Shown piece by piece: positions 8,656 through 19,083 of a stretch of DNA of 48,821 nucleotides (position 1 is the stretch's first letter; each line of letters opens with the position of its first letter). The position numbers were made by a program, and so were the translations under genes. The stretch is from an uncultured Alphaproteobacteria bacterium (GTDB lineage: Bacteria > Pseudomonadota > Alphaproteobacteria > Methylaequorales > Methylaequoraceae): contig CACBWF010000002.1 in assembly GCA_902542925.1 (NCBI GenBank), positions 1 through 48,821 on the forward strand. The letters run 5' to 3'. Below the pieces are notes generated by a model. That model was not told where the DNA came from. It searched no databases and saw only the letters and a program-made list of their open reading frames with translations.

Positions 8656-9918
8656 ATGGAAAAAATAATAATTTCTGGTGGGAAAACACTGAGTGGTGTA
8701 ATAAGAATCAGTGGATCAAAAAATTCTGCGTTACCAATTGTGGCAGCTACATTATTATCAAAAAACAAAATAATACTTAAAAATATTCCTAATCTTTCAG
8801 ATTTGCAATCTATGCTAAAACTATTGGAAAGTCTGAACTCAACTATTGTTCAGACTAAAGAATTTGTTAAAATTAAATCTGGGGAACCTCAAAATTGTTT
8901 TGCTTCATATGATTTAGTCAGAAAAATGAGGGCATCATTTCTAGTTTTAGGACCACTACTTGCGAGATATTCATATGCTAAAGTTTCTTTACCAGGCGGA
9001 TGTGCAATAGGAGCCCGACCAATAAATATTCATTTAGAATGTCTTGAGAAGATGGGTGTAAACTTTAATATCAAGGACGGTTATGTAATCGGTAAAGTTG
9101 AAGGGTTGCTAAAAGGTGCTGAAATTCAGCTACCTTTTAGTTCTGTGGGGGCAACTGAAAACATCCTAATGGCAGCAACCCTCGCAAAAGGTATAACTGT
9201 TATTAAAAATGCAGCAACTGAACCAGAAATTTCTGATTTAGCAAACTTTCTAAATGTACTTGGAGCAGAAATTTATGGTATTGGTACTCGCACATTAAAA
9301 ATAATTGGTAAAAAAAAATTAATCGGTGGAAAGTTTTCTATTATGCCTGACAGAATAGAAGCTGGAACATTCATACTTGCTGTGCTTGGTTGTAAGGGAA
9401 AAATAAAGTTAACTAATTTAAACAAAGATGTAATTGAACATTTGATAAGTATTTTTTCCTCAATCAAAGAATTGTATTTAAAAATTTCTAAAGATAAAAC
9501 AATGCTGGAAGTTTCGTGTGTGTCAAAAGTAAAAAAGAATTTAAAAATTAAAACAGATATTTATCCTGGATTTCCAACTGACTTACAGGCTCAATTAATT
9601 GCAGCAATGTGTATTTCAGATTGCGAAACACAAATAGAAGAAACAATTTTTGAAAATAGGTTTATGCACGTTCAAGAACTAATTAGGATGGGAGCAGACA
9701 TAAAGTTAAAAGGTTCTAATGCTACTATAGTTGGTAAAAAAAACATCAATGGAGCAGAAGTAATGGCAACAGATTTAAGAGCTTCTTCATCTTTAATTAT
9801 TGCTGGCTTGATGGCTGATGGCTTAACAACAATCAATAGAATATATCATCTTGATAGAGGTTATGAAAATCTTGTTGAAAAACTATCATCTTGTTGTGCT
9901 GAGATAAAAAGAATATAG
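8656..9918 (+). CDS. murA: UDP-N-acetylglucosamine 1-carboxyvinyltransferase
   Basis: 420 aa with ISGSKNSALPI and the catalytic-Cys loop LPGGCAIGARPI. Confidence 0.95.
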   Translation: MEKIIISGGKTLSGVIRISGSKNSALPIVAATLLSKNKIILKNIPNLSDLQSMLKLLESLNSTIVQTKEFVKIKSGEPQNCFASYDLVRKMRASFLVLGPLLARYSYAKVSLPGGCAIGARPINIHLECLEKMGVNFNIKDGYVIGKVEGLLKGAEIQLPFSSVGATENILMAATLAKGITVIKNAATEPEISDLANFLNVLGAEIYGIGTRTLKIIGKKKLIGGKFSIMPDRIEAGTFILAVLGCKGKIKLTNLNKDVIEHLISIFSSIKELYLKISKDKTMLEVSCVSKVKKNLKIKTDIYPGFPTDLQAQLIAAMCISDCETQIEETIFENRFMHVQELIRMGADIKLKGSNATIVGKKNINGAEVMATDLRASSSLIIAGLMADGLTTINRIYHLDRGYENLVEKLSSCCAEIKRI

Positions 9919-9927
9919 TTTTAATTT

Positions 9928-10575
9928 ATGAACAAGATAATATTTGCAGTACCAAAAGGGAGAATACTCGATGATCTCTTACCTTTAATGAAAGAAATAG
10001 GCATAGTACCCGAAAAAGAATTTTTCAACACTAGTTCAAGAAAATTAATATTTAAAACAAGTTTACCGAATTTTGAAATTATAAGAGTAAGAGCGTTTGA
10101 TGTTGCTACTTTTGTTGCATTTGGTGCTGCACAAATTGGGGTTGCAGGAGATGATGTTTTAAAAGAGTTTAACTATGAAGAAATCTATTCAATATTAGAC
10201 TTAGAGATTGGTAAATGTAAACTATCACTAGCCAAACAAAAAAACAATTTGGATTTTGAAGAAAAAAAACTTGGTAATATTACAGTTGCTACAAAATATA
10301 AAAATACTGTGATAAATTATTTTGCATCTAAAGGTGTAAGAGCTGAATGTATAAAACTAAATGGTGCTATTGAATTGGCACCAAAACTTGGTATTTGTGA
10401 CTATATTGTTGATTTAGTATCAACTGGTAGAACTTTGAGCGAAAATGATTTAGTTGAGCAAGAAGTATTAATGAATATTACTGCAAAACTTATAATCAAT
10501 AAGATTGCTTTTAAATTAATGAATAAAGAATTACAGAAAATTGTTAAAAAATTTGAGGTTGCCAAAATTGAGTAA
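9928..10575 (+). CDS. hisG: ATP phosphoribosyltransferase, short form
   Basis: 215 aa with FAVPKGRIL and DLVSTGRTL motifs. The short form normally works with HisZ, which is not in the window. Confidence 0.9.
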   Translation: MNKIIFAVPKGRILDDLLPLMKEIGIVPEKEFFNTSSRKLIFKTSLPNFEIIRVRAFDVATFVAFGAAQIGVAGDDVLKEFNYEEIYSILDLEIGKCKLSLAKQKNNLDFEEKKLGNITVATKYKNTVINYFASKGVRAECIKLNGAIELAPKLGICDYIVDLVSTGRTLSENDLVEQEVLMNITAKLIINKIAFKLMNKELQKIVKKFEVAKIE

Positions 10576-11866
10576 AATAATATTCCAAAATAGTAAAAGC
10601 TTTCAAAATAATTTTTTGAAGATTTTAAAAAAAAGAGAACTTTCCGATAAAGCAATTGATAATACTGTTGAAAAAATAATTGACAGAGTAAGAAAAGGTT
10701 CCGAGAAGTCGTTGCTTGAATTAACAAGAAAATATGACAAAAACCCAGTTACGAAATTTAAAGATCTAGTTGTAAGTAAAAATGAAATAAATAGAGCAAA
10801 GTCATTAATTTCCCATAATGTAATAAAAGCACTTACTAAAGCAGCTTCTAGGATTAAGAATTATCATGAAAAACAATTACCTAAAGATTTTTTTTACACT
10901 GATAATCAGGGTGTTAAACTTGGAAGTAAATGGTCATCTATTGATTCAGTCGGTCTATATGTTCCAGGAGGCAGTGCATCATACCCTTCCTCAGTTATTA
11001 TGAATGCTATTCCTGCTATTGTAGCTGGTGTTGAGAGAATTGTAATGGTTTGCCCAGCAATGGGCGGAAAAATTAATCCTGTTGTACTTGCCGTTGCAGA
11101 AATACTCAAAATTAAAGAAATATACAAAATTGGAGGTGCTCAAGCAATTGCAGCATTGGCTTTTGGTACTGAAAATATAAAGAAGGTGAACAAAATTTTT
11201 GGGCCCGGTAATGCCTATGTAGCATCGGCTAAGAAAAAAGTATTTGGCGATGTAGGTATTGATATGATTGCTGGACCTTCAGAAATTTTAGTTGTTGCTG
11301 ACAAAACTAATGATCCAAGTCACATTGCAATTGATCTCTTATCTCAAGCAGAACATGACGAAAATGCACAAGCTATATTAATTACAGATTCTGAAAATTT
11401 TGCCAGAAAAGTATTAAGTTATGTGCAAACAGAATTGAAAACACTATCAAGAAAGAGCATAGCGGAGAAAAGTTGGAAAAACTTTGGTTGTATTATTGTT
11501 ATGAAAAATATTGATGACTCTCACACTTTGGTAAATGAGATAGCTCCAGAACACTTAGAAATTTCAGTTCAAAAACCTAGTAAACTTCTTAAAAAAATAA
11601 AAAATGCGGGAGCAATTTTTCTAGGAAAATTTTCGCCAGAAGCAATAGGTGACTATATTGCTGGACCAAATCATGTTCTTCCAACTGATAGGACAGCAAA
11701 ATTTTCATCTGGTTTAAATGTTCTTGATTTTATGAAGAGAACTTCTTTTGTAGAATGTAGCAAAGAAAGTATCAATAAAATTGGTCCAGATGCTATTACT
11801 TTAGCGAATGAGGAGGGCCTTGGAGCACATGCAAGATCTATTTATAAAAGGTTAAATAAAAATTGA
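10541..11866 (+). CDS. hisD: Histidinol dehydrogenase
   Basis: GPGNAYVASAKK, SQAEHDENA and APEHLE motifs. The track start is TTG 10541. A more likely start is TTG 10568, with GAGG 9 nt upstream, overlapping the hisG stop. Confidence 0.92.
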   Translation: MLKNLRLPKLSKIIFQNSKSFQNNFLKILKKRELSDKAIDNTVEKIIDRVRKGSEKSLLELTRKYDKNPVTKFKDLVVSKNEINRAKSLISHNVIKALTKAASRIKNYHEKQLPKDFFYTDNQGVKLGSKWSSIDSVGLYVPGGSASYPSSVIMNAIPAIVAGVERIVMVCPAMGGKINPVVLAVAEILKIKEIYKIGGAQAIAALAFGTENIKKVNKIFGPGNAYVASAKKKVFGDVGIDMIAGPSEILVVADKTNDPSHIAIDLLSQAEHDENAQAILITDSENFARKVLSYVQTELKTLSRKSIAEKSWKNFGCIIVMKNIDDSHTLVNEIAPEHLEISVQKPSKLLKKIKNAGAIFLGKFSPEAIGDYIAGPNHVLPTDRTAKFSSGLNVLDFMKRTSFVECSKESINKIGPDAITLANEEGLGAHARSIYKRLNKN

Positions 11867-11917
11867 TTGTATGACCTTTATTTGTTAGAAATTAAAATCT
11901 AAAGGGAGAATGTATAT

Positions 11918-12136
11918 ATGGCAAAAGAAGAAGTAATGGAATTTAACGGTGTTGTTAAAGAATTACTACCTAATGCAATGTTTAGAGTCCTTTTGGATAA
12001 TAATCACGAAATCATTGCCCACACTGCAGGTAAAATGAGAAAATTCCGAATAAGGGTACTAGCTGGCGATAGAGTAACGGTTGAAATGACCCCTTATGAT
12101 CTTACAAAGGGTAGAATAACATTCAGATTTAAATGA
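11918..12136 (+). CDS. infA: Translation initiation factor IF-1
   Basis: 72 aa with [24 protein letters not shown]...GRITFRFK; AAGGGAGA SD upstream. Confidence 0.96.
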   Translation: MAKEEVMEFNGVVKELLPNAMFRVLLDNNHEIIAHTAGKMRKFRIRVLAGDRVTVEMTPYDLTKGRITFRFK

Positions 12137-12143
12137 ATTTTAG

Positions 12144-12728
12144 TTGGTTATTGAATCAAAAATAATTCTCGCCTCCTCGTCTCCTAGAAGACTAGACCTT
12201 TTAAAACAAATTATGATTGAGCCACACAAAATAATACCGCATAATATCAATGAGAAGAATTATCTAAATCTACCTCCAACAAAAATGGTTAAGAAATTAT
12301 CATACGAAAAAGCTATGAATATTAAAAAAAAGGTTCAAAATAATAAATTCGTAATATCTGCTGATACTGCTGTAGCTAGGGGAAATAAAATATTTGAAAA
12401 GACTAATGATAAAAATTTAGTAAAGGAGTATTTAAATCAATTGTCTGGAAAAAAACATATAGTCTATGGAGGAATTTGTGTTATAGCTCCAGATGGTTCT
12501 TTATCTACAAAAGTAGTAAAAACCGAAGTTTTTTTCAGAAGACTCTTTAAAAATGATTTTAATGATAAAGATCTAATTAATGAAGGAATTGGAAAAGCAG
12601 GGGGATATGCTATTCAAGGTTATGGTGCTAGTCTGGTTTCAAAAATAAAAGGGTCATATTTCAATGTTGTTGGTTTGTCTATTTTTGATGTATTATTGAT
12701 GTTGAAAGGGCTGGGATGGACAAGATGA
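12144..12728 (+). CDS. maf: Maf-like nucleoside triphosphate pyrophosphatase
   Basis: 194 aa, TTG start; ILASSSPRR..LL and GKAGGYAIQG motifs. Confidence 0.85.
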   Translation: MVIESKIILASSSPRRLDLLKQIMIEPHKIIPHNINEKNYLNLPPTKMVKKLSYEKAMNIKKKVQNNKFVISADTAVARGNKIFEKTNDKNLVKEYLNQLSGKKHIVYGGICVIAPDGSLSTKVVKTEVFFRRLFKNDFNDKDLINEGIGKAGGYAIQGYGASLVSKIKGSYFNVVGLSIFDVLLMLKGLGWTR

Positions 12729-12784
12729 TAATTTTATGTTTTTTTTTTCTAATAGTAGTATATATTTCTATATTATTCTTCTTA

Positions 12785-12857
12785 GCCCAGGTAGCTCAGT
12801 TGGTAGAGCAAGCGACTGAAAATCGCTGTGTCGGTGGTTCAATTCCTCCCCTGGGCA
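12785..12857 (+). tRNA. tRNA-Phe (anticodon GAA)
   Basis: GCCCAGGTAGCTCAGTTGGTAGAGCAAGCGACTGAAAATCGCT... forms a canonical cloverleaf. Anticodon loop CTGAAAA, T loop TTCAATT, acceptor GCCCAGG/CCTGGGC and discriminator A. CCA is not fully encoded (CCT). Confidence 0.95.
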
Positions 12858-12861
12858 CCTC

Positions 12862-13563
12862 ATGAAAAACCAATTCATACAAATTTATATCTTATTATTA
12901 TTGATAATAGGCTGCAAATCAGATTATACTTATTTTCCTCATGAACAAGGTTTGCATTGGAATTATAAGATAGTCTTTAAATCAGACTATACTGGTATTG
13001 AAGAAAAAAAGAGATTATCAATTACAAATGCATCATTATTTATTGATAAAAAAGGAGTTGCTTTTTCAAAACTTTATTCAAATGGAAATATAGTTTCTTT
13101 TCTTAAAGAAAAAAAAAATAGCTCTCTCGTAAGAACAAGTGCTATATTTAAATCTTCAGATGGATTAGATGAACCCGTAAAAAAAATAATTTATCCATCA
13201 ATGATGTTCGATAAAAATAATTGGAAAGCAGTTAGTCAACTTTTTATTACGCGAGGATTTCAACCTCCACTTAGAGGATTTATTCCATCTGCTGTTTTTG
13301 ATATTAATTATTTAATAGAAAGAAGAGATATTACAGTTGAAGTCCAAGGAAATAAATTTAATAACTGTATTTTTATTACTGGAACAGGAAAGTCGGAATT
13401 TATTGCAGATACAAGATCAGGCCCAATCCCGATTGAAATTAAAACAAAGGAATGGCTATGTCCAGGGGTTGGCCTTGTAAAAGAAGAAAGACTTGAGTCT
13501 ACAAATGCTTCAGCTTTCGGAAATATGTTTTATAGTGCAGAATTAATAGATTTTAAAAATTAG
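12862..13563 (+). CDS. Putative lipoprotein (233 aa)
   Basis: N-terminal signal with lipobox LLIIGC|KSD. The ATG lies 5 nt after the tRNA-Phe 3' end. No catalytic motif recognised. Confidence 0.65.
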   Translation: MKNQFIQIYILLLLIIGCKSDYTYFPHEQGLHWNYKIVFKSDYTGIEEKKRLSITNASLFIDKKGVAFSKLYSNGNIVSFLKEKKNSSLVRTSAIFKSSDGLDEPVKKIIYPSMMFDKNNWKAVSQLFITRGFQPPLRGFIPSAVFDINYLIERRDITVEVQGNKFNNCIFITGTGKSEFIADTRSGPIPIEIKTKEWLCPGVGLVKEERLESTNASAFGNMFYSAELIDFKN

Positions 13564-14457
13564 ATGTCATCGGTTTCATTTATAATTCCAGTATTTAATA
13601 AATCAAATTTTCTAAGATATGTTCTAAAATCATTAGAAAAACAAAAGGGTAATTTTAAAAAAGAGTATATTTTTATTAATGATGGATCAACAGATAAATC
13701 ACTCAATATTTTGAAAACATATACCAAAAACTGGAAGAATTGCTCTATAATAGACCAAAATAATAAGGGCTCAGCAAATGCAACAAATGTAGGAATTAAA
13801 AAAGCGCAAAATAAATATATTAAATTTTTAGATGCCGATGATGTTTTATTACAAAATTCTACATTAACGCTTTTAAAAATCCTAGAGAAAAATAGAGATG
13901 CCGTTTTAGTTTACGGATTACAACGGAAAATTAAAGATATTTCAAAAGTAAAATTAGAGGGTAAGATAAGTTCAAGCTACAAGATTATAAATAAACCAAT
14001 AGATTTTGCAATGAGAAACTCAATGTTTAATCCCTCACAGTTTCTTGTAAGAACTGATATATGTAAGAAAGTTGGTGGATGTGATGAAAGAATTAAATAT
14101 AGCCAGGAATATTCTTTGACATTAAGATTATCTCTTAAAGGTAAGTTTCTTAAATTAGATGACTTTGTAACAGTTTTGCCGTTTGTCGCTCCTGGTCAAA
14201 TATCTGAAAATAAAACTGAGCAAATTTATAGAGTTTCAAAAGCCTTAGAACTTTTCATAAAAGATAACAAATTATCCAATATTACATTGCTAAAAGCTCA
14301 GAGAAGATTAACTGGAAGAGCCTGGAGATTTGCAAGAAGAAAACTTGGCCTTTCTTATTTTTCAAAATGGTTTTATTATTACCTTAGAGGTTTAGTGGGA
14401 ATAAATAGTGATATTATTAAAACATGTGAGGAAGCTAATAAAATTTATAAACAATAA
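13564..14457 (+). CDS. Glycosyltransferase family 2
   Basis: SFIIPVFNKSNFL, NDGSTD and LDADD (DxD) motifs; starts immediately after the lipoprotein stop. Confidence 0.85.
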   Translation: MSSVSFIIPVFNKSNFLRYVLKSLEKQKGNFKKEYIFINDGSTDKSLNILKTYTKNWKNCSIIDQNNKGSANATNVGIKKAQNKYIKFLDADDVLLQNSTLTLLKILEKNRDAVLVYGLQRKIKDISKVKLEGKISSSYKIINKPIDFAMRNSMFNPSQFLVRTDICKKVGGCDERIKYSQEYSLTLRLSLKGKFLKLDDFVTVLPFVAPGQISENKTEQIYRVSKALELFIKDNKLSNITLLKAQRRLTGRAWRFARRKLGLSYFSKWFYYYLRGLVGINSDIIKTCEEANKIYKQ

Positions 14458-14460
14458 ATT

Positions 14461-15861
14461 TTAAAATAATTTTTTTGGGTTTAATATATTTTTAGGGTCA
14501 AATATTTTTTTTATTTTTCTCATTTGTTCAACTTCAAAACTGGTTTTGTATCTCTTCAATTCTTCTATTCTTAATTGTCCCACACCATGTTCGGCGCTGA
14601 AAGTCCCACCATGATCATTTACATTTTCAAAAATAATTTTGTTAAGAGTCGATTGCTTTTGCTTTAATTTTTTATTTTTTTTTTTATCGGCTGAAAATAT
14701 ATTGTAATGAAGATTATTATCTCCGATATGACCAAAATTAATTATTCTAAAACATTCATCAATTAATGAAACTTCCTTTTCTGTTTTTCTTATAAAACTA
14801 CCAATTTTATCTAATGGTATTGAAATATCATGATTAATGCAAAATTCTACTTTCGTTTCTGCAATTGGAATTAATTCTCTATAATCCCATAGTTGCTTAT
14901 TTTCTTCATAAGATTTTGAAAAGATGAAATCTTCAGTATTCTTTATACTTTTAAAAAAGAAATCTTCAATTTGTCCAAAAAAATCGACATTATATGTAAA
15001 ATTAGAAAGTTCAATCAAACAATAAAAATTACTTTTTTTTAATATCCTTTTTTTATTATTTTTTTCAATCACCAGTTCCATTGCTTCACTGTTTATTAGC
15101 TCAAAACTGGTTAATAAGTCATGATAATTAACTCTGATTTTAGAATAAAAATTTAATAAGTCTTCTATATTAGAAAATGTACCAAAAACTACTCTTGTTT
15201 CTAAAGGTTTAGGAAATACTCGAATATTAGCCGCTGTAATTAAACCAAGCGTACCTTCAGACCCAATAAGTAGTTGTTTTAAGTCGTAACCAGTATTATC
15301 TTTTCTTACATTCTTCATACTTGAAAAAAAACTGCCATCAGCCATTACAGCTTCAAGGCCTAAAATATTCGAACGTAAAGTTCCATATTTTATTACATTT
15401 GTTCCACCTGCATGTGAAGCAATATTTCCTCCAATTTGACAATTTCCTCTTGAACCAATTGATAACGGGAAACAAAAATTTTTTTTTGAAAGAAAATTTT
15501 GAATATCTTCAAGTACGCATCCTGATTCAATTTGAATGCTAAAACTATTAGGGTCAAAATTTATGATTTTATTTAACTTTTTAAAATTAATAATTGCCTG
15601 AAATTTTTTTGAATTTTCAAGTGGTACTGAACCACCCACTAAACTAGTGTTTCCACCTTGAGGAATAACTGATATTTTTTTTTCGTTACATTTTTTTATT
15701 ACATTAACCAACTTTTCAACTGATTTTGGAAATATTACAATAGAAGCATTACCTTTAAAGTTTTTTCTCCAATCAATAGAATGGTTAGAGACCACTTCTG
15801 GTTCATAAGAGTATTCGTTATGATCAAGACTTTGTATTAGATAGGTTAACTGCTCACTCAT
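14461..15861 (-). CDS. FAD-linked oxidase (GlcD / D-lactate dehydrogenase family)
   Basis: 466 aa with a PCMH-type FAD-binding segment (PQGGNTSLVGGSVP) and a C-terminal FAD-oxidase domain (SAEHGVG). ATGA overlap with the upstream tsaC stop. Confidence 0.85.
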   Translation of the reverse strand: MSEQLTYLIQSLDHNEYSYEPEVVSNHSIDWRKNFKGNASIVIFPKSVEKLVNVIKKCNEKKISVIPQGGNTSLVGGSVPLENSKKFQAIINFKKLNKIINFDPNSFSIQIESGCVLEDIQNFLSKKNFCFPLSIGSRGNCQIGGNIASHAGGTNVIKYGTLRSNILGLEAVMADGSFFSSMKNVRKDNTGYDLKQLLIGSEGTLGLITAANIRVFPKPLETRVVFGTFSNIEDLLNFYSKIRVNYHDLLTSFELINSEAMELVIEKNNKKRILKKSNFYCLIELSNFTYNVDFFGQIEDFFFKSIKNTEDFIFSKSYEENKQLWDYRELIPIAETKVEFCINHDISIPLDKIGSFIRKTEKEVSLIDECFRIINFGHIGDNNLHYNIFSADKKKNKKLKQKQSTLNKIIFENVNDHGGTFSAEHGVGQLRIEELKRYKTSFEVEQMRKIKKIFDPKNILNPKKLF

Positions 15862-16805
15862 TTTTTAGATGCTCTTTTAAGTTTATCATTAATTACCTTT
15901 CCTAAACCTATATCAGGAATTGGTGAAATTGCTATCTTTCTCATATTTAACTTGTCCAATTTAATTAAATAATCAAACAAATTATATGCTGCTTCATTTA
16001 AGTTTGAATCTTTAGACAAATTTAGGTTTATTTTTTCTTCATTTTGTTTACTACCAAAACCTAAAAAAGCCTCTCCTTTAAGTTTTTTTTTAGCATTCAT
16101 TCTAATTGGTGTATTTGTTGAATAATGTTTTAATAATTGTCCCGGTGAAGAGATTTTGCCCTTTTGTTTAGTTTTTTCAATTATATCTTTTCCTAATAAA
16201 TCTTTAATTATTTTTTTTTCAATAATTCCCAATCTAAGAATTTGGTATGGATAAGTTGTAAGATTAATTACAGTCGATTCAATTCCATACCTCGATTGTC
16301 CAGAGTCTATTATTAAGTCTATTCTATTTTTAAAATACTTCTTGACGTGTGAGGATTTTGTTGAAGAAACAAAACCGCTTATATTTGCAGAAGGTGCAGC
16401 AATAGGTTTATTAATTTTTGAAATAATTTTAGAGAATATTTTCGAATCTGCAAATCTAATTGCAATAGTTTCCAAATTTGCAGTGACAGTAGAACAAATA
16501 TTTGATTTTTTTTTTTTAAGGATTAATGTGAGCGGACCAGGCCAGAGACTATTTGACAGTTTTTCAGCATCTTTTGTGAAACAAGCAATTCTTTTTGCCA
16601 TTTTTATTGAATTTACGTGAACTATCAAAGGATTAAAGCTTGGTCTTTTTTTTAATTCATATATTGCTTTTATAGCTCTAGGATCTTCAGCATTTCCTAG
16701 TAAGCCATATACAGTTTCTGTCATGGCACATATGACCTTTCCTTCTAATAATATTTTCGCAGCTCTATCAAGAACTTTCTCTGATTCCATAAAAACACAC
16801 ATCAT
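15858..16805 (-). CDS. tsaC: L-threonylcarbamoyladenylate synthase (YrdC domain plus C-terminal Sua5 domain)
   Basis: TETVYGLLGNA, LIVHV and APSANISG motifs; 315 aa. The true start may be the internal Met (MESEKVL). Confidence 0.88.
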   Translation of the reverse strand: MMCVFMESEKVLDRAAKILLEGKVICAMTETVYGLLGNAEDPRAIKAIYELKKRPSFNPLIVHVNSIKMAKRIACFTKDAEKLSNSLWPGPLTLILKKKKSNICSTVTANLETIAIRFADSKIFSKIISKINKPIAAPSANISGFVSSTKSSHVKKYFKNRIDLIIDSGQSRYGIESTVINLTTYPYQILRLGIIEKKIIKDLLGKDIIEKTKQKGKISSPGQLLKHYSTNTPIRMNAKKKLKGEAFLGFGSKQNEEKINLNLSKDSNLNEAAYNLFDYLIKLDKLNMRKIAISPIPDIGLGKVINDKLKRASKK

Positions 16806-16925
16806 AAATTTTTTTCTAATAAATTATTTTCGATTATAAATATAATAATTTTCTTATTATTAATAAACTTGGACCTTTAATAATTATAATAATTTACTCA
16901 ATTTAATAAATCTATAATATAAAAC

Positions 16926-17063
16926 TATGAAAAATACATATCATAAATATCTGTATTTAATAGGCTTTTTGGCTATAGTAATCGCATTCATAACCATTTT
17001 TGCGGTTTTGAGCGAAATTAACAATTTTTTTACTGAAAAAATAAAAATTTAAAAGAAATCTAA
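16926..17063 (+). CDS. Possible 45-aa single-TM micro-protein
   Basis: Not in the track. The ATG 16926 ORF encodes MKNTYHKYLYLIGFLAIVIAFITIFAVLSEINNFFTEKNKNLKEI, with one clear hydrophobic helix. No convincing SD. Its last 15 nt overlap the convergent gph end. Confidence 0.25.
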
Positions 17064-17702
17064 TAATTGTTTGAATTTTTTAATTTTATAAGTGGGTGTT
17101 GAATTAGAAAAATCACCGTAACCATATTCAACAAAGACTGAGGTTAGCCCAAGTTCATTTGATGGAATTATATCATTCTCACTGTCACCAACCATCATAA
17201 TTTCATCAACATTTAAACTTAGTTTATTTATTAGAAAACGTAACATTGAAGAATCAGGCTTTAATTTTGTTTTGTCAGTTGAACCTAATATTATTGAGAA
17301 AAAATTATTCACGCCAAGATCTAAAAGGATCTTTTCAGCTAGATATTGTTTTTTATTTGTACATATACACATTTTAATTCCTTTTAATTTTAATTCTTCT
17401 AGTGTTGATTCAACAGCATCATATAGAGTAGTTTTTTTTGAACAATTAATCGAATAAAAGTCAAGAAATTGAGAAACTAAGAGATCGATTTCTTTTTTAT
17501 TGATTTCCTTATTAAAGTGTTTGTATGCTTTTTTTAACATGTTTGAAGCCCCACCACCTACAAGATTACCAATTACACCTTTGGGTATTTCTGGCATTTT
17601 ATTCTTTAGAAGAACATAGTTAAGAGAATCTAGTAGGTCTGGCCCACTTTCGATTAATGTACCGTCCAAGTCAAAAAAAATACAATCAATTTTTTTTTTC
17701 AT
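17049..17702 (-). CDS. gph: HAD-superfamily phosphatase (phosphoglycolate phosphatase-like)
   Basis: FFDLDGTLIES (motif I), CTNK and GDSENDI (motif III). Confidence 0.8.
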   Translation of the reverse strand: MKKKIDCIFFDLDGTLIESGPDLLDSLNYVLLKNKMPEIPKGVIGNLVGGGASNMLKKAYKHFNKEINKKEIDLLVSQFLDFYSINCSKKTTLYDAVESTLEELKLKGIKMCICTNKKQYLAEKILLDLGVNNFFSIILGSTDKTKLKPDSSMLRFLINKLSLNVDEIMMVGDSENDIIPSNELGLTSVFVEYGYGDFSNSTPTYKIKKFKQLLDFF

Positions 17703-17777
17703 AAATATTTTAGAACAAAAATTAATCTTATAGTATAAGATGTAATATCAATAATGAAAATTTTATAAAAAAATTAG

Positions 17778-19082
17778 ATGTCACTAGCAGTAGTTATTTT
17801 AGCAGCAGGAAAAGGGACGAGATTAAACTCAGAAAAATATAAAGTTTTTCATGAAATAGGAAATTTTCCAATGCTTTATCATATTATAAATACTGCAAAG
17901 CAACTTAATCCAAAAAGAATAATAATTGTAATTTCAGAGGGAATGAAAGGTCTTGAGAAGGAGATTAAAAAAAAATTTCCAAAATTGAAATTTTGCATTC
18001 AAAAAAGACAACTTGGTACGGCGGATGCCCTTCATTCTGCGAAAAAGTACTACAAAAATGAAGTTAATAAGGTATTGGTGTTATATGGTGACACTCCTCT
18101 AATAAAATTGGTTACATTAAAGAAACTAGAAAAAAAATTAAAGAATAAATCTGATATGTGTGTTCTTACCATGAAACCAAAGGAACCAAAGGAATATGGC
18201 AGGGTAATTTTAAATGTAAATAAGAAAGTTGAAAAAATAATAGAATTCACTGAAGCGAGTAAGGATGAAAAAAAAAATAATTTATGTAACTCAGGTATAA
18301 TGATTTTTAAATCGTTTGAATTATTAAAATACATAAATCAAATTTCAAATAATAATAGTAAAAAAGAATATTATTTAACTGATATTGTTGAAATTTTTAA
18401 AAAAAACAAAAAAGTCATAGATTATTTAATTTGTGAATATGAAGAGACACTTGGGGTAAATGACAGAGACGATCTATTGAAAGTTGAAACTAACTTTCAA
18501 AAAGTCAGGGTAAAAGAATTTCTCAGCAGAGGCATAACAATATTAGATAAAAAATCGGTTTATTTTAGTTACGACACAAAGATAGGAAAAGATTCTATTA
18601 TATATCCTAATGTTTATTTTGGTAAAGAAGTTGAAGTTGGTATAAACGTAAAAATAAAAAGCTTTTCTCACCTTGAAGGTGCAATAATTAAAAATAATTG
18701 TGAAATCGGCCCATTTGCTAGAATAAGACCTGATTCAACAATATACGATTCAGTACGAATTGGAAACTTTGTTGAAATCAAGAAATCTGAGATTAAAAAT
18801 AATGCTAAAATACCACATTTATCCTATATAGGAGATTCAACTGTTGGATCTGAAACAAATATAGGAGCAGGAACAATTACATGTAATTATGATGGTATAA
18901 GAAAAAATAAAACCAAAATTGGGAAACATTGTTTTATAGGATCGAACACATCGCTTATAGCACCCCTGTCAATTGGTGATAATGCGATTATTGGAGCTGG
19001 TAGTGTAATTAAAAAAAATGTATCAAATTCTGTTATTATTTATGGTAAACCAAAAATAGTAAGAAAAAATAAAAAAAATTAG
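17778..19082 (+). CDS. glmU: Bifunctional UDP-GlcNAc pyrophosphorylase / GlcN-1-P acetyltransferase
   Basis: LAAGKGTRL N-terminal motif and C-terminal left-handed beta-helix hexapeptide repeats. Confidence 0.92.
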   Translation: MSLAVVILAAGKGTRLNSEKYKVFHEIGNFPMLYHIINTAKQLNPKRIIIVISEGMKGLEKEIKKKFPKLKFCIQKRQLGTADALHSAKKYYKNEVNKVLVLYGDTPLIKLVTLKKLEKKLKNKSDMCVLTMKPKEPKEYGRVILNVNKKVEKIIEFTEASKDEKKNNLCNSGIMIFKSFELLKYINQISNNNSKKEYYLTDIVEIFKKNKKVIDYLICEYEETLGVNDRDDLLKVETNFQKVRVKEFLSRGITILDKKSVYFSYDTKIGKDSIIYPNVYFGKEVEVGINVKIKSFSHLEGAIIKNNCEIGPFARIRPDSTIYDSVRIGNFVEIKKSEIKNNAKIPHLSYIGDSTVGSETNIGAGTITCNYDGIRKNKTKIGKHCFIGSNTSLIAPLSIGDNAIIGAGSVIKKNVSNSVIIYGKPKIVRKNKKN

Positions 19083-19083
19083 T

